Of a stretch of DNA of 26,269 nucleotides, positions 1-8,414 are shown piece after piece; position 1 is the stretch's first letter, and every line of letters starts with the position of its first letter. The position numbers and the translations under genes were made by a program. The notes under the pieces are model-generated. The model had not been told where the DNA came from, made no database searches, and saw nothing but the letters and a program-made list of their open reading frames with translations. The DNA is from a virus (Duplodnaviria > Caudoviricetes): IMG/VR virus record IMGVR_UViG_3300010362_000093, positions 1 through 26,269 of that record. One strand, written 5' to 3'.

Positions 1-2
1 AG

Positions 3-371
3 AAACTCGGCGTCAAGCGCGAGTTCGTCGAGGCGGGCAAGTACAAGACCGACGGCAACGAAACCGGGCCGCTGACCGACACCGCGCGCGCGCGGCAGCA
101 AACGATCGTCAACGAGTTCTACAGCCAGTTCATCACCGACGTCGCCGCGGGACGTCGGGCGACCACGGACGCGATCCGGAACGGCTACGGCGAAGGGGCC
201 GTAGTGACCGCGAGTGAAGCGAAGGCACTCGGGATGGTCGATCGCATCGACACCCTCGACTCCACGATCGCGCGCGCGTTCACGCTCCCCCCGATCGGGG
301 AGGGGCCGCGCGTCGCGCGTGTCGCGACCACTCGCAACCTCGAAAGCGCGCTCTACGCGCTCGGCCTCTGA
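3..371 (+). CDS. S49 (SppA/ClpP-like) prohead maturation protease, 3' part only
   Basis: Own translation from nt 3: KLGVKREFVEAGKYKTDGN...FYSQFITDVAAGR...GEGAVVTASEAKALGMVDRIDTL, TGA at 369-371. These are typical S49 C-terminal motifs, directly upstream of the capsid gene. Confidence 0.88.
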   Translation, partial: KLGVKREFVEAGKYKTDGNETGPLTDTARARQQTIVNEFYSQFITDVAAGRRATTDAIRNGYGEGAVVTASEAKALGMVDRIDTLDSTIARAFTLPPIGEGPRVARVATTRNLESALYALGL

Positions 372-384
372 GAAGGAGAACGCC

Positions 385-1677
385 ATGCCGGATATCGCCT
401 TGCTCGAACGCGACCTCGTCGCGAAGCGGGACGAAGGACTCGCGCTGCTGAAAGCGACGACGACGCTCGCCGAAACCGAGAACCGTCTGATGACCGACGA
501 CGAGCGCCGGAAGATCCAAGCGATCACCGACGACGGCCTCGCGATCAAGGCGCGGATCGCGCGCGTCAAGGGTGACGAGCAGATGATGGCCGACCTCGAT
601 CGGCTGATCACGCTCGCGTCGCCGCCCCCGCCGACGCTGCCCGGAAGCAACGGCCACGGCAAGCGCGCCCTCTCGTGGGGCGAGCAGTGGATCGCCTCGG
701 AGGCGGGCACGTTCCATAAGAACGCGGGACACCGCACCGCGGCGCAGTGGCGATCGCCCTCGCTCGAACTGAATTGGCCGACCGGCTACGGCGGCGCGCC
801 CGATATCCGCGCGGTGCTCTCGACCGATCCCGCCTCCGGCGGCGCGCTGATCATCCCGCAGTACATGCCGGGGATCCTGCCGATCCTCGAAGCGCCGCTC
901 TTGATTGCGGATCTGTTCGCACAGGGCACGACGACGTCGAACCTGATCGTCTACATGATCGAAAAGACGTGGGTCAACAACGCGGCGCCCGTCGCCGAAG
1001 GCGCGGTCAAGCCGGAGTCGGTGCTCACGTTCGATAGCGTGCAGGATGCCGTGCGGAAGATCGCGCACTGGCTCCCGGTCACGGAGGAGATGCTCGAAGA
1101 CGAACCGCAGATCCGGAGCTATATCGACAACCGGCTGCGGATCGGCGTGCTCACCGAAGAGCAGGATCAACTCCTCAACGGGACCGGCGTCGCGCCGGAG
1201 ATCCTCGGGCTGCTGAATCGTCCCGGCCTCGGCGCCCCGTATGCGCGCGTCGATCCGCAGACGAACGCCGACGCGATGTTCTCGCAGGCGATGGCGCTCT
1301 ACGCGTCGTCGTTCCTGATGCCCGACGCGTTCGTGATGCACCCGGCGAACTGGACGGCGACGCTCCTCACGAAGACGACGACCGGCGAGTACTTCACCGC
1401 CGGACCGTTCTCGCCGATCCAGCGGCCGACGCTCTGGGGCCTCCCGGTCGTCGTCACGCCCGCGGTCGCCGCGGGGACCGGCCTCGTCGGCGCCTTCAAG
1501 ACGGCCGCGCAGATCTTCCGCAAGGGCGGGATCCGCGTCGAGTCCTCGAACAGCCACGCGGATTACTTCATCAAGAACATCGTCGCGATCCGCGCGGAGG
1601 AACGACTCGCGCTCGCGGTCTATCGGCCGCAGGCGTTCGGCGAAGTGACGGGCCTCGAACCGGCGACCGCGCCGTAG
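385..1677 (+). CDS. HK97-family major capsid protein with N-terminal scaffold (delta) domain
   Basis: SD AAGGAG at 373-378, then ATG 385. Motifs GGALIIPQ, APVAEGAVKPES, KIAHWLPVTEEMLED, LLNGTG, LWGLPVV, IRAEERLALAVYRPQAF. Confidence 0.95.
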   Translation: MPDIALLERDLVAKRDEGLALLKATTTLAETENRLMTDDERRKIQAITDDGLAIKARIARVKGDEQMMADLDRLITLASPPPPTLPGSNGHGKRALSWGEQWIASEAGTFHKNAGHRTAAQWRSPSLELNWPTGYGGAPDIRAVLSTDPASGGALIIPQYMPGILPILEAPLLIADLFAQGTTTSNLIVYMIEKTWVNNAAPVAEGAVKPESVLTFDSVQDAVRKIAHWLPVTEEMLEDEPQIRSYIDNRLRIGVLTEEQDQLLNGTGVAPEILGLLNRPGLGAPYARVDPQTNADAMFSQAMALYASSFLMPDAFVMHPANWTATLLTKTTTGEYFTAGPFSPIQRPTLWGLPVVVTPAVAAGTGLVGAFKTAAQIFRKGGIRVESSNSHADYFIKNIVAIRAEERLALAVYRPQAFGEVTGLEPATAP

Positions 1678-1686
1678 CGAGTTCGT

Positions 1687-1746
1687 CTCCGACGACCGGC
1701 GCGTGAGGATCCTTCGCCCTCGCGCGCCGCGCTCGTCGTCTCGGAG
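1687..1746 (+). promoter_or_regulatory. Post-capsid stem-loop that covers the next gene's SD
   Basis: CGGCGCGTGAGG (1697-1708) pairs with CCTCGCGCGCCG (1718-1729) with one G-U. CTCCGA (1687-1692) pairs with TCGGAG (1741-1746), which includes most of the SD. Confidence 0.55.
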
Positions 1747-1751
1747 GTGCG

Positions 1752-1988
1752 ATGGTAGGTCGCTGGTGCGGGTGCTGGCGTCACGATCCCGGACCCTGTC
1801 CGGTCGACGATACGCCGCACACCGCGTGCACGCCGGAGTCCGTCGCGGCGCAAGCCGCGCACACCGCGCAGCAGATCGTGCGTCGTCCGCGCGTGTTCGA
1901 TCGGGCCGCGGCGTCGACAACGGAGTTCTCGACCAAGACGTATCGCCGCGCGGTGCATGGCCGCGGGCGCAAGCGGGTGACGCGATGA
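1752..1988 (+). CDS. Small Cys/His-rich hypothetical head-region protein (78 aa)
   Basis: SD GGAGGT at 1743-1748; its TGA overlaps the next ATG (ATGA); N-terminal WCGCWRHDPGPCP...HTAC. Confidence 0.7.
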   Translation: MVGRWCGCWRHDPGPCPVDDTPHTACTPESVAAQAAHTAQQIVRRPRVFDRAAASTTEFSTKTYRRAVHGRGRKRVTR

Positions 1989-2587
1989 CGGAGTTCCTGT
2001 TTCCGTTCTACGCGTCGCCGCGCAGCGTCGCCTCCGTGCTCGTCGAAGGACCGACGGTCGAACCGCTCACGCTCGACGAGGCGAAGCTCGCGGCGGGCCT
2101 CGACTGGCCTCCGGGCGATCCGCGCGATACGCAGATGGAGGCGTTCATCGCGGCGGCGCGCAGCAAGGTCGAACAGGATACCGGCCTCGCGCTGCTCCAG
2201 CAGACGCGCGACATCTTCGTCGAGGTGTTCTGGGCGGGCGGCGTGATCCCGCTGCCGTGGCAAGCGCTCCCGCTGCAATCGATCACCGATCCCCTCGGCC
2301 GCGTGCTGACGCGCGACGAGGTGCTGATCGATCGGCAACTCGGGACGCTCGCGCTCCCGCCCGCCGCCTCGGGCTACACGATCGGAACGTTTCGGATCGT
2401 CTCGGGCTGGCCCGACGCGGCATCGCTGAAGAAGGAGGCGCCGCTCCTCTGGCAAGCGGTCGCGCTCCTCACCGCGCACTACGCGACGCTCGGTCGCGAC
2501 GTCGCGATCGCCGGGACGATCGTGACCGACGTTCCGCAAACCTACGACGACGCCGTCGCGCCGTTCCGGCTGATGTGGGTGATCTGA
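1985..2587 (+). CDS. Head-tail connector (HK97 gp6-like)
   Basis: EPLTLDEAK...FIAAARSKVEQDTGLALLQQT...QAVALLTAHY, plus synteny. Confidence 0.85.
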   Translation: MTEFLFPFYASPRSVASVLVEGPTVEPLTLDEAKLAAGLDWPPGDPRDTQMEAFIAAARSKVEQDTGLALLQQTRDIFVEVFWAGGVIPLPWQALPLQSITDPLGRVLTRDEVLIDRQLGTLALPPAASGYTIGTFRIVSGWPDAASLKKEAPLLWQAVALLTAHYATLGRDVAIAGTIVTDVPQTYDDAVAPFRLMWVI

Positions 2588-2588
2588 G

Positions 2589-2963
2589 ATGCCCGGACTT
2601 ATCGGCCGCGGCGGGCGCATCAGTCACCGACAGAAGCGCGTCAAGGTGCAACTCCCCGGGCAGAACGTGCCCGACGGTGACGGCGGCTGGATCAACGTGC
2701 CCGTCCCCGCGAACCCGCCGAAGCAGTGGGCCTATATCCGGCCCGCGTCGACGGCCGCGCTCGAACAACTGACCGGCGGCACCGTGCTCTCGCAGGCGAC
2801 GCACCTTGTGACCATGCCGTTCCATCCGGAGGTGACGACGCAAACGTCGCTCGTCGTCGAGGACTACCCCTATCCGGATCGCACGTTCAACGTGCTCGGC
2901 CTCGTGAACCCCGACGAGCGCGACGCGGACATGACGCTCGTCTGCGCGGAGATCGTGCAGTGA
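2589..2963 (+). CDS. Head closure / head-tail adaptor (SPP1 gp16-like)
   Basis: RVKVQ...DGDGGW...WAYIRP...THLVTMPF...MTLVCAE, plus synteny. Confidence 0.85.
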   Translation: MPGLIGRGGRISHRQKRVKVQLPGQNVPDGDGGWINVPVPANPPKQWAYIRPASTAALEQLTGGTVLSQATHLVTMPFHPEVTTQTSLVVEDYPYPDRTFNVLGLVNPDERDADMTLVCAEIVQ

Positions 2964-3373
2964 GCGGCGGCGTGAAGTTCTCCGGCCTCGACGAACTCCG
3001 CGCGCGGTTGCGGAACCTTCCGGCGGAACTCGCCGACGGCGCGAAGGATATCGTCGTCGACCACGCGAAGGACGCCTATGAAGACATCTACGCCGCGTAT
3101 CCGTCGCGGACCGGCAACCTCCGCGAACACCTCCGGCTGACGATCGAGGACGGCGGTCGCTACGGCGTGCTCGTGCGGCTCCGCAACACCGCGAAGCACG
3201 CGCACATCTTCGAGTTCGGCACCGTCGCGCGGCACTCGTCGATCCGCTCGACCGGCATCATGCCCGCGGGCCGCGTGTTCGTGCCCCGCGCGATCCGGCA
3301 CCGACACGCGATGTACGCGGAGATCATCGCGTATCTCAAGACGTTTGGGTTCGAGGTGTCCGGTCATGGTTAG
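2960..3373 (+). CDS. HK97 gp10-like neck / tail-completion protein
   Basis: GTG start overlapping the upstream TGA; FSGLDEL...PSRTGNLR...AHIFEFGT...MPAGRVFVP. Confidence 0.82.
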   Translation: MSGGVKFSGLDELRARLRNLPAELADGAKDIVVDHAKDAYEDIYAAYPSRTGNLREHLRLTIEDGGRYGVLVRLRNTAKHAHIFEFGTVARHSSIRSTGIMPAGRVFVPRAIRHRHAMYAEIIAYLKTFGFEVSGHG

Positions 3374-3836
3374 CGTGCCGGACTCCTCGACGATCGACGG
3401 CGCGATCATCGCCGTCCTCTCGAACGACGCGACGCTCAAGGCGCTGATGCCCGACGGCGTGTGGTTCGACGAGGGACCGGCGAACCTCACCGCGTTCGTC
3501 CTCGTGTCGCTCATCGCCGAAGTGACGATCGCCGATATCGGCGTGTTCCGCGCGGGCGGCGGCACGCGGCGCGGGATTGAGGATTACTACTACGACGTCA
3601 TCGCGAAGGCGCGCACGACGAGCGCGGGCAACAACGCGAAAGCCGCGGCCTATCGCATCGATCAACTCCTCGAAGATCAAGCCCTCACCGCGACCGGCTA
3701 CACGTGGATGACGACGCACCGCGTCGAACGCATCCGCGCGGTCGAAGTCGACGACCTCAACACCTCCATTCACTGGCAGCAACGCGGCGGGCGCTATCGC
3801 GTGCAGATGGCCGTCGCTGAAGGAGTCTCACCATGA
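3366..3836 (+). CDS. Tail terminator-like protein
   Basis: AIIAVLSNDATLKALMPDGVWFD...AYRIDQLL; lies immediately before the tail tube gene. Confidence 0.75.
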   Translation: MVSVPDSSTIDGAIIAVLSNDATLKALMPDGVWFDEGPANLTAFVLVSLIAEVTIADIGVFRAGGGTRRGIEDYYYDVIAKARTTSAGNNAKAAAYRIDQLLEDQALTATGYTWMTTHRVERIRAVEVDDLNTSIHWQQRGGRYRVQMAVAEGVSP

Positions 3837-4291
3837 TCAAATCCGGCCGCTACGGCCAAGTCCTCTGGGATCCGACGGGCGCGGGCACCCCGGCCGAACT
3901 CGCGTCGATCAACGCGTGGACGCTCTCGCTCGCGACCGACCGGATCGAGGTGACGTGCTTCGGCGATACCAACAAGGTCTACGTCCCCGGCATGAAAGAC
4001 GTGAGCGGGACGGTCGGCGGGTTCTGGAATTCCGAAGACACCGCCCTCGTCGAAGCCGCGGATCAGGAAACCCCGGGCACGCTCAAGCTCGTGCCGAACG
4101 ACACGGAACCGACGTTCTTCTGGTCGGGCCTCGCCTACATGGACGCGGAGATCAATTGCGGCGTCAACGAAGCGCCGTCGTTGACCGGGACGTGGAGCGC
4201 GGCCGGACCGTGGACGCGCGAACCGGCGTCGGCCGCGATGCTCGCGGGCACGCTCGCCGGTCACGGCGTGACGGTCCCGAGTGCGGGCTAA
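3833..4291 (+). CDS. Major tail tube protein
   Basis: SD AAGGAG; INAWTLS...DRIEVTCFGDTNKVYVPGMKDVSGTVGGFW. Confidence 0.85.
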   Translation: MIKSGRYGQVLWDPTGAGTPAELASINAWTLSLATDRIEVTCFGDTNKVYVPGMKDVSGTVGGFWNSEDTALVEAADQETPGTLKLVPNDTEPTFFWSGLAYMDAEINCGVNEAPSLTGTWSAAGPWTREPASAAMLAGTLAGHGVTVPSAG

Positions 4292-4304
4292 ACGCAGGCT
4301 CCGC

Positions 4305-4595
4305 ATGTTTCGGACGTTGACGTTGCGCGGAGTGAGCGGCTCGCTCAATTGGGGCTATCGCTCCGCCGCGACGTTGACGGGTTGGTCGGTGCGACGCGTG
4401 CGCGAGGACGACCGGGCGCCGTGGCGATGGGAACTGGAGGCGGGCTACACCGGCCCCGTCGATAGCTTCTCGTTGCGACAGCGTCCGCTCCTCTTCACCG
4501 CGCCGCGTCGCGGCGGGTTCTGGTGCTGGCCGGTGCAGACGCTCCACGTCGGCGAGACGCGTCTCATCGCGACGCTCGGCCCGCCCGAATACTAG
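4305..4595 (+). CDS. Hypothetical tail-region protein (96 aa)
   Basis: Fills the gap between the tube and chaperone genes; its stop overlaps the next SD (TAGGAGGT). Confidence 0.7.
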   Translation: MFRTLTLRGVSGSLNWGYRSAATLTGWSVRRVREDDRAPWRWELEAGYTGPVDSFSLRQRPLLFTAPRRGGFWCWPVQTLHVGETRLIATLGPPEY

Positions 4596-4604
4596 GAGGT
4601 TCTC

Positions 4605-5000
4605 ATGCCCCGTTTGCGATTCGTGACGCCGGAGGTCGTGCGCTTGCCTCTGAGCGAGGGTGACTGGATCGAAGTGAAGAAGCGCCTCACGGTCGGCGAG
4701 GCGCGGCAAGCGACCTCGTCGTTCATCGGGACGTTCACGCGCGACGGCGCGCGCACCGTGAACATGGAAACCCTCGGCATGGGCAACGTGCTCGCGTATC
4801 TCGTGCGCTGGTCGTTCCGCGACTCGAACGATCTCCCGACGACCGTCTCGCTCGACGCGATCAAGCTGCTCGACCTCGACACCTACCGCGAGATCGAGGA
4901 AGCGATCGAGGCGCACGAGACGCGCGTCGCCATGGAGGACGCAGAGCGCGAAAAAAAAGTCCCGGCGAGCATCGCTCCCGGTGCATCTCCGACTTCGTGA
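4605..5000 (+). CDS. Tail assembly chaperone, short form (gpG-like)
   Basis: SD AGGAGGT; located between tail tube and tape measure; A8 slippery run near the 3' end. Confidence 0.85.
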   Translation: MPRLRFVTPEVVRLPLSEGDWIEVKKRLTVGEARQATSSFIGTFTRDGARTVNMETLGMGNVLAYLVRWSFRDSNDLPTTVSLDAIKLLDLDTYREIEEAIEAHETRVAMEDAEREKKVPASIAPGASPTS

Positions 5001-5125
5001 TCTGTCGCGAGATGGGCTGGACCCTCGACGACCTCGACGCGGTGCCCCTCGACAAGTACGCGGTGCTCGTCGATTGGCTCAGTGAACAGTTTCAGGCGCG
5101 CGTGCGGCACACCCGGCACACCTGA
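4605..5125 (+). CDS. Tail assembly chaperone, -1 frameshift fusion (gpGT-like)
   Basis: GAA AAA AAA GTC at 4950-4961. The -1 frame reads KKSPGEHRSRCISDFVICREMGWTLDDLDAVPLDKYAVLVDWLSEQFQARVRHTRHT to TGA 5123-5125, 2 nt before the TMP ATG. Confidence 0.85.
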
Positions 5126-5127
5126 TC

Positions 5128-7914
5128 ATGGCTCCGATCACCTCGACGTTCTCCGCCGACTTCTCGAACTTCCTCGCGGCTGTGCAGAAGGCCGACGTGA
5201 AGCTGCACGACTTCGAGGACAACGCGGTGCGCGTCGGCTCGACGCTCACGCGGATCGGCGACCGCTTCACCGGAGTCAAGGTGATTCAGGAAGCGCTCGC
5301 CATGGAGAAGGCGATCGAGGAGATCGGCGGCGCGTCGAAGCTCACCGAAACCGAATTGAAGCGCGTCGGCGCGACCGCGCAGGAAGCCGTCGCGAAGATG
5401 CAAGCGCTCGGGAAGGACGTCCCCGCGGGCCTGCAAAAGCTCGCCGACTCCACGAAGACGGTCACGAAAGAACTGACCTTGATGGAGAAGGCGAGCGGCC
5501 TCGCGAAGTCGACGTTCGGCCAGATGTTCTCCGCGTTCAGCGCGGCGAACCTCGTCGACCGCGCCGTGAGCAGTCTCGTCTCCTTCGGCGCCGCGGCGAT
5601 CGAGAGCGCGGGGCATCTCGCCGATCTCGAAGAGCGGACCGGCCTCGGCGTCGAGACGTTGCAGAAGATGGACTACGCCGCGCAGCAGACCGGGACGTCG
5701 CTCGACGCGATGACGGCGGGCGCGGCGAAACTCGGCGTCAACATCTCGAAGGGCACGAAGGAGGCGCGCGAGTCCGTCGAGGCGCTCGGCCTGAGTTACG
5801 ACACGCTGCGCCAGCAGAAACCGGAGGAGCAGTTCGACGCGGTCGTGCAAGCGCTCGGTCGCGTCGAGAGTGTGCAGGATCGGAACCGCCTCGGCGTGCA
5901 ACTCCTCGGGAAGCAATACATCCAAATCGCGCCCGCGCTCGACGAGTACATCAACAAAGCCGGGGACATCAACAAGCTGAGCGAGGAGCAGGTTCAGGCG
6001 CTCGACAAGCTCGGCGACACGTGGACCGAATTCAAGCGCAGTCTCGGCGTCGGCCTCGGTCAGATGATCGGCAGCGTCGGCGGATTCTTCGATAGCGTGA
6101 TCCAGAAGGCCGACGAATTCGCCGTGAAGATCGGACGGCTCTCGGAGGAGGACTTCAAGAAACTGCACCCGCCGCCGACGGACGACAAACCGAAAAAGGA
6201 CATCGTCGACGTCTCGCAAGCGCTGGAGGATCAAGCCGCCGCGTCGAAGAAGGCAGAGGAGGCGGACCGCAAACGCGAAGCCGCCGCCGCGAAAGCCGCC
6301 GCCGCGCTGCAACAGCAGAAGAGCGTTTACGAGTCGCTCGTCGGCCTCGACGTCGTCGGTCGCACGGAGGAGCAGGCGCGCGCGCTCCTCAAGTTCGGGA
6401 GCGCCGCGGACGTCTCCGGCAAGCAATTGCAAGATCTCCGCGCCAACGTCGCGACCTCCGTCGAGACGCTGACCCGCCTCGGCGACAGCACGCGCGCCGC
6501 GAAGCTCGAAGACTTTCAGCGCTCGCTCTCGATGGGCGTCAAGCAAGCCGACTTTTTCGATCTCGCGCTGAAGGCGCTCGCGCCGTCGGTGGAGAACGCG
6601 GCGACCGAGTTCGCGACGCTGCGCTTGCAGATGGCGGAGTTCGACAAGAACGTCGATATCTCGACGCTCTCGCTCGCCGATCTCGAACGGATGCTCGGCA
6701 AGACCGCGTCGGCGGCGTCGGACTTCAACCTCAAAGCGCCGAAGGGGCCGAGTCTCCTCTCCGGGTTGAAGGGCGGGATCGCCGATCTCACGAAGGGGTT
6801 GACCGGCGGCGCGGGCGTCGGCGGGTTCCTCTCGGGACTCGGCAAGGGGATCACGCAAGGACTCGGCAACATGATCTCGGGCGGCATCACCTCCGCGATC
6901 AGTGCGGGCCTCGGGCTGGCGGTGAAAGGCGTCGGCGCGCTCTTCGGCAAGCTGACGGGCGCGGAGGCGAAGGAAACCAACCGCACGCGCGACGCGTGGA
7001 TCAAACAGAACTACGAAAGCGCCGACGCGCTCCGGAAGCTCGCGTTCGAGGCGGGCGCGACCGACAAGGAAGTGCGCGCGCTCTTCGACTCGCGCAAGGT
7101 CGCCGACTTCCAACTCGCCGCGGAGAAGGTGCAGGGCATCATCAGCGGCTTCGCCGACGAACAAGCCGCCGACGCCGAACGCCTCGAAGCCGCGATCCAG
7201 AAGTATGGGTTCGCGATCGACGACCTCGGCCCCGCGCTCCGGAAACAGAAACTCGACGAACAAGCGAAGGAACTGATCGAAGACTGGCGCGTGCTCGTCG
7301 GCGCCGGGATCGACGTCGCGAAGGTCAACGACAAGATGGCCGACGCGATCAACGACTACCTCAAGACGGCGCGCCGCACCGGGACCGAAGTCCCCGCGGC
7401 CATGCGCCCGGTCCTGCAATCGCTGATCGACGCGGGCGAACTGACCGACGACGCGGGCAACGCGATCACGAACCTCGAAGGACTCGGGATCACGTTCGCC
7501 GAAACGATGACGCAAGGCTTCGATCGGATCGTGAAGAAACTCGACGAGGTGATCAAGCAACTCGGCGGCGTCGGCGACGCGGTCGACGCGATCCCCGATC
7601 ACAAAACGATCACGATCGAAACGCGGTGGGATAACCCCGACGCGCAAGGCTTCGTCGATCCGATCCCCGGGGGCGCGCAGGAACAATTCAGCGCGCAGAA
7701 GGGGACCGGCGGGAAATACCTCGACTTCGGACAGGGCACCAACGCCGTGCTCCATGGGCGCGAGCGCGTCGTCACCGCGGCCGAAGGCGCGGCGGAAGCG
7801 ACGGCGTTCGCCGACATGGTCACCGCCGTCTACGGCCTGCAAACGACGCTCGTGCGCGCCGTGCGCGAGAACGCGCTGCTCGTGCGCGACGCGGCGCTCC
7901 TCGCGCGCGCATAG
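5128..7914 (+). CDS. Tail tape measure protein (928 aa)
   Basis: Long Ala/Gly-rich helical protein after the chaperones; LADLEERTGLGVETLQ segment; C-terminal AVLHGRERVVT. Confidence 0.93.
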   Translation: MAPITSTFSADFSNFLAAVQKADVKLHDFEDNAVRVGSTLTRIGDRFTGVKVIQEALAMEKAIEEIGGASKLTETELKRVGATAQEAVAKMQALGKDVPAGLQKLADSTKTVTKELTLMEKASGLAKSTFGQMFSAFSAANLVDRAVSSLVSFGAAAIESAGHLADLEERTGLGVETLQKMDYAAQQTGTSLDAMTAGAAKLGVNISKGTKEARESVEALGLSYDTLRQQKPEEQFDAVVQALGRVESVQDRNRLGVQLLGKQYIQIAPALDEYINKAGDINKLSEEQVQALDKLGDTWTEFKRSLGVGLGQMIGSVGGFFDSVIQKADEFAVKIGRLSEEDFKKLHPPPTDDKPKKDIVDVSQALEDQAAASKKAEEADRKREAAAAKAAAALQQQKSVYESLVGLDVVGRTEEQARALLKFGSAADVSGKQLQDLRANVATSVETLTRLGDSTRAAKLEDFQRSLSMGVKQADFFDLALKALAPSVENAATEFATLRLQMAEFDKNVDISTLSLADLERMLGKTASAASDFNLKAPKGPSLLSGLKGGIADLTKGLTGGAGVGGFLSGLGKGITQGLGNMISGGITSAISAGLGLAVKGVGALFGKLTGAEAKETNRTRDAWIKQNYESADALRKLAFEAGATDKEVRALFDSRKVADFQLAAEKVQGIISGFADEQAADAERLEAAIQKYGFAIDDLGPALRKQKLDEQAKELIEDWRVLVGAGIDVAKVNDKMADAINDYLKTARRTGTEVPAAMRPVLQSLIDAGELTDDAGNAITNLEGLGITFAETMTQGFDRIVKKLDEVIKQLGGVGDAVDAIPDHKTITIETRWDNPDAQGFVDPIPGGAQEQFSAQKGTGGKYLDFGQGTNAVLHGRERVVTAAEGAAEATAFADMVTAVYGLQTTLVRAVRENALLVRDAALLARA

Positions 7915-7923
7915 GAGAACCCC

Positions 7924-8409
7924 ATGGCGAGCGGACAAACCCTGATCGCGTTCACGGCGACCGACGCCAACCCGCCGACGTCGAGTGCGGCGACGCCCGA
8001 TCTCCGCAACTCGCAACCGGTCCTCGACTTCGATGCGGCGCTCAACGAGCGGACGTATTTCATCGGACGCCTCCCGCGCTTCTACGGCGGCGCGGGCGTC
8101 ACGCTCTCGATCGTGTGGACGGCGACGACGGCGATCTCCGGCGTCGTGCAGTGGGCCGCGGCGATCGAACGGCACGATCCCGCGACCGACCTCGACGCCG
8201 ACAGCTTCGCGACGGCCGCGGGCGCCCCCGGCACCGCGAACTCCGGCGGCGCGGGCCGACCGACCTACACCGATCTCGTGATTCCGGTCGCCTCCATGGA
8301 CGGCCTTGTCGCGGGCGAGCAATTTCGCCTCGTCCTCTTCCGCCTGTCGGCGGGCAACACGATGGCAGGCGACGCGGAACTCTGGAGCATCGAGATCCGC
8401 GAGACGTAA
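7924..8409 (+). CDS. Beta-rich tail protein, paralog of the tail fibre C-terminal domain
   Basis: SD AGGAG; shares LRNxxPVLxF, LPxxYxGxGxTL, DADSF and DGLxAGExFRL with the domain encoded at about 13828-14313. Confidence 0.8.
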   Translation: MASGQTLIAFTATDANPPTSSAATPDLRNSQPVLDFDAALNERTYFIGRLPRFYGGAGVTLSIVWTATTAISGVVQWAAAIERHDPATDLDADSFATAAGAPGTANSGGAGRPTYTDLVIPVASMDGLVAGEQFRLVLFRLSAGNTMAGDAELWSIEIRET

Positions 8410-8414
8410 ACCCC

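Noticed and set aside
214-384. N-terminal extensions in the ORF track (214, also 1703, 2726, 8115, 14004, 23726, 25397)
   Set aside because: They overlap upstream genes in another frame; SD sequences or stop-start coupling support the downstream starts used here.
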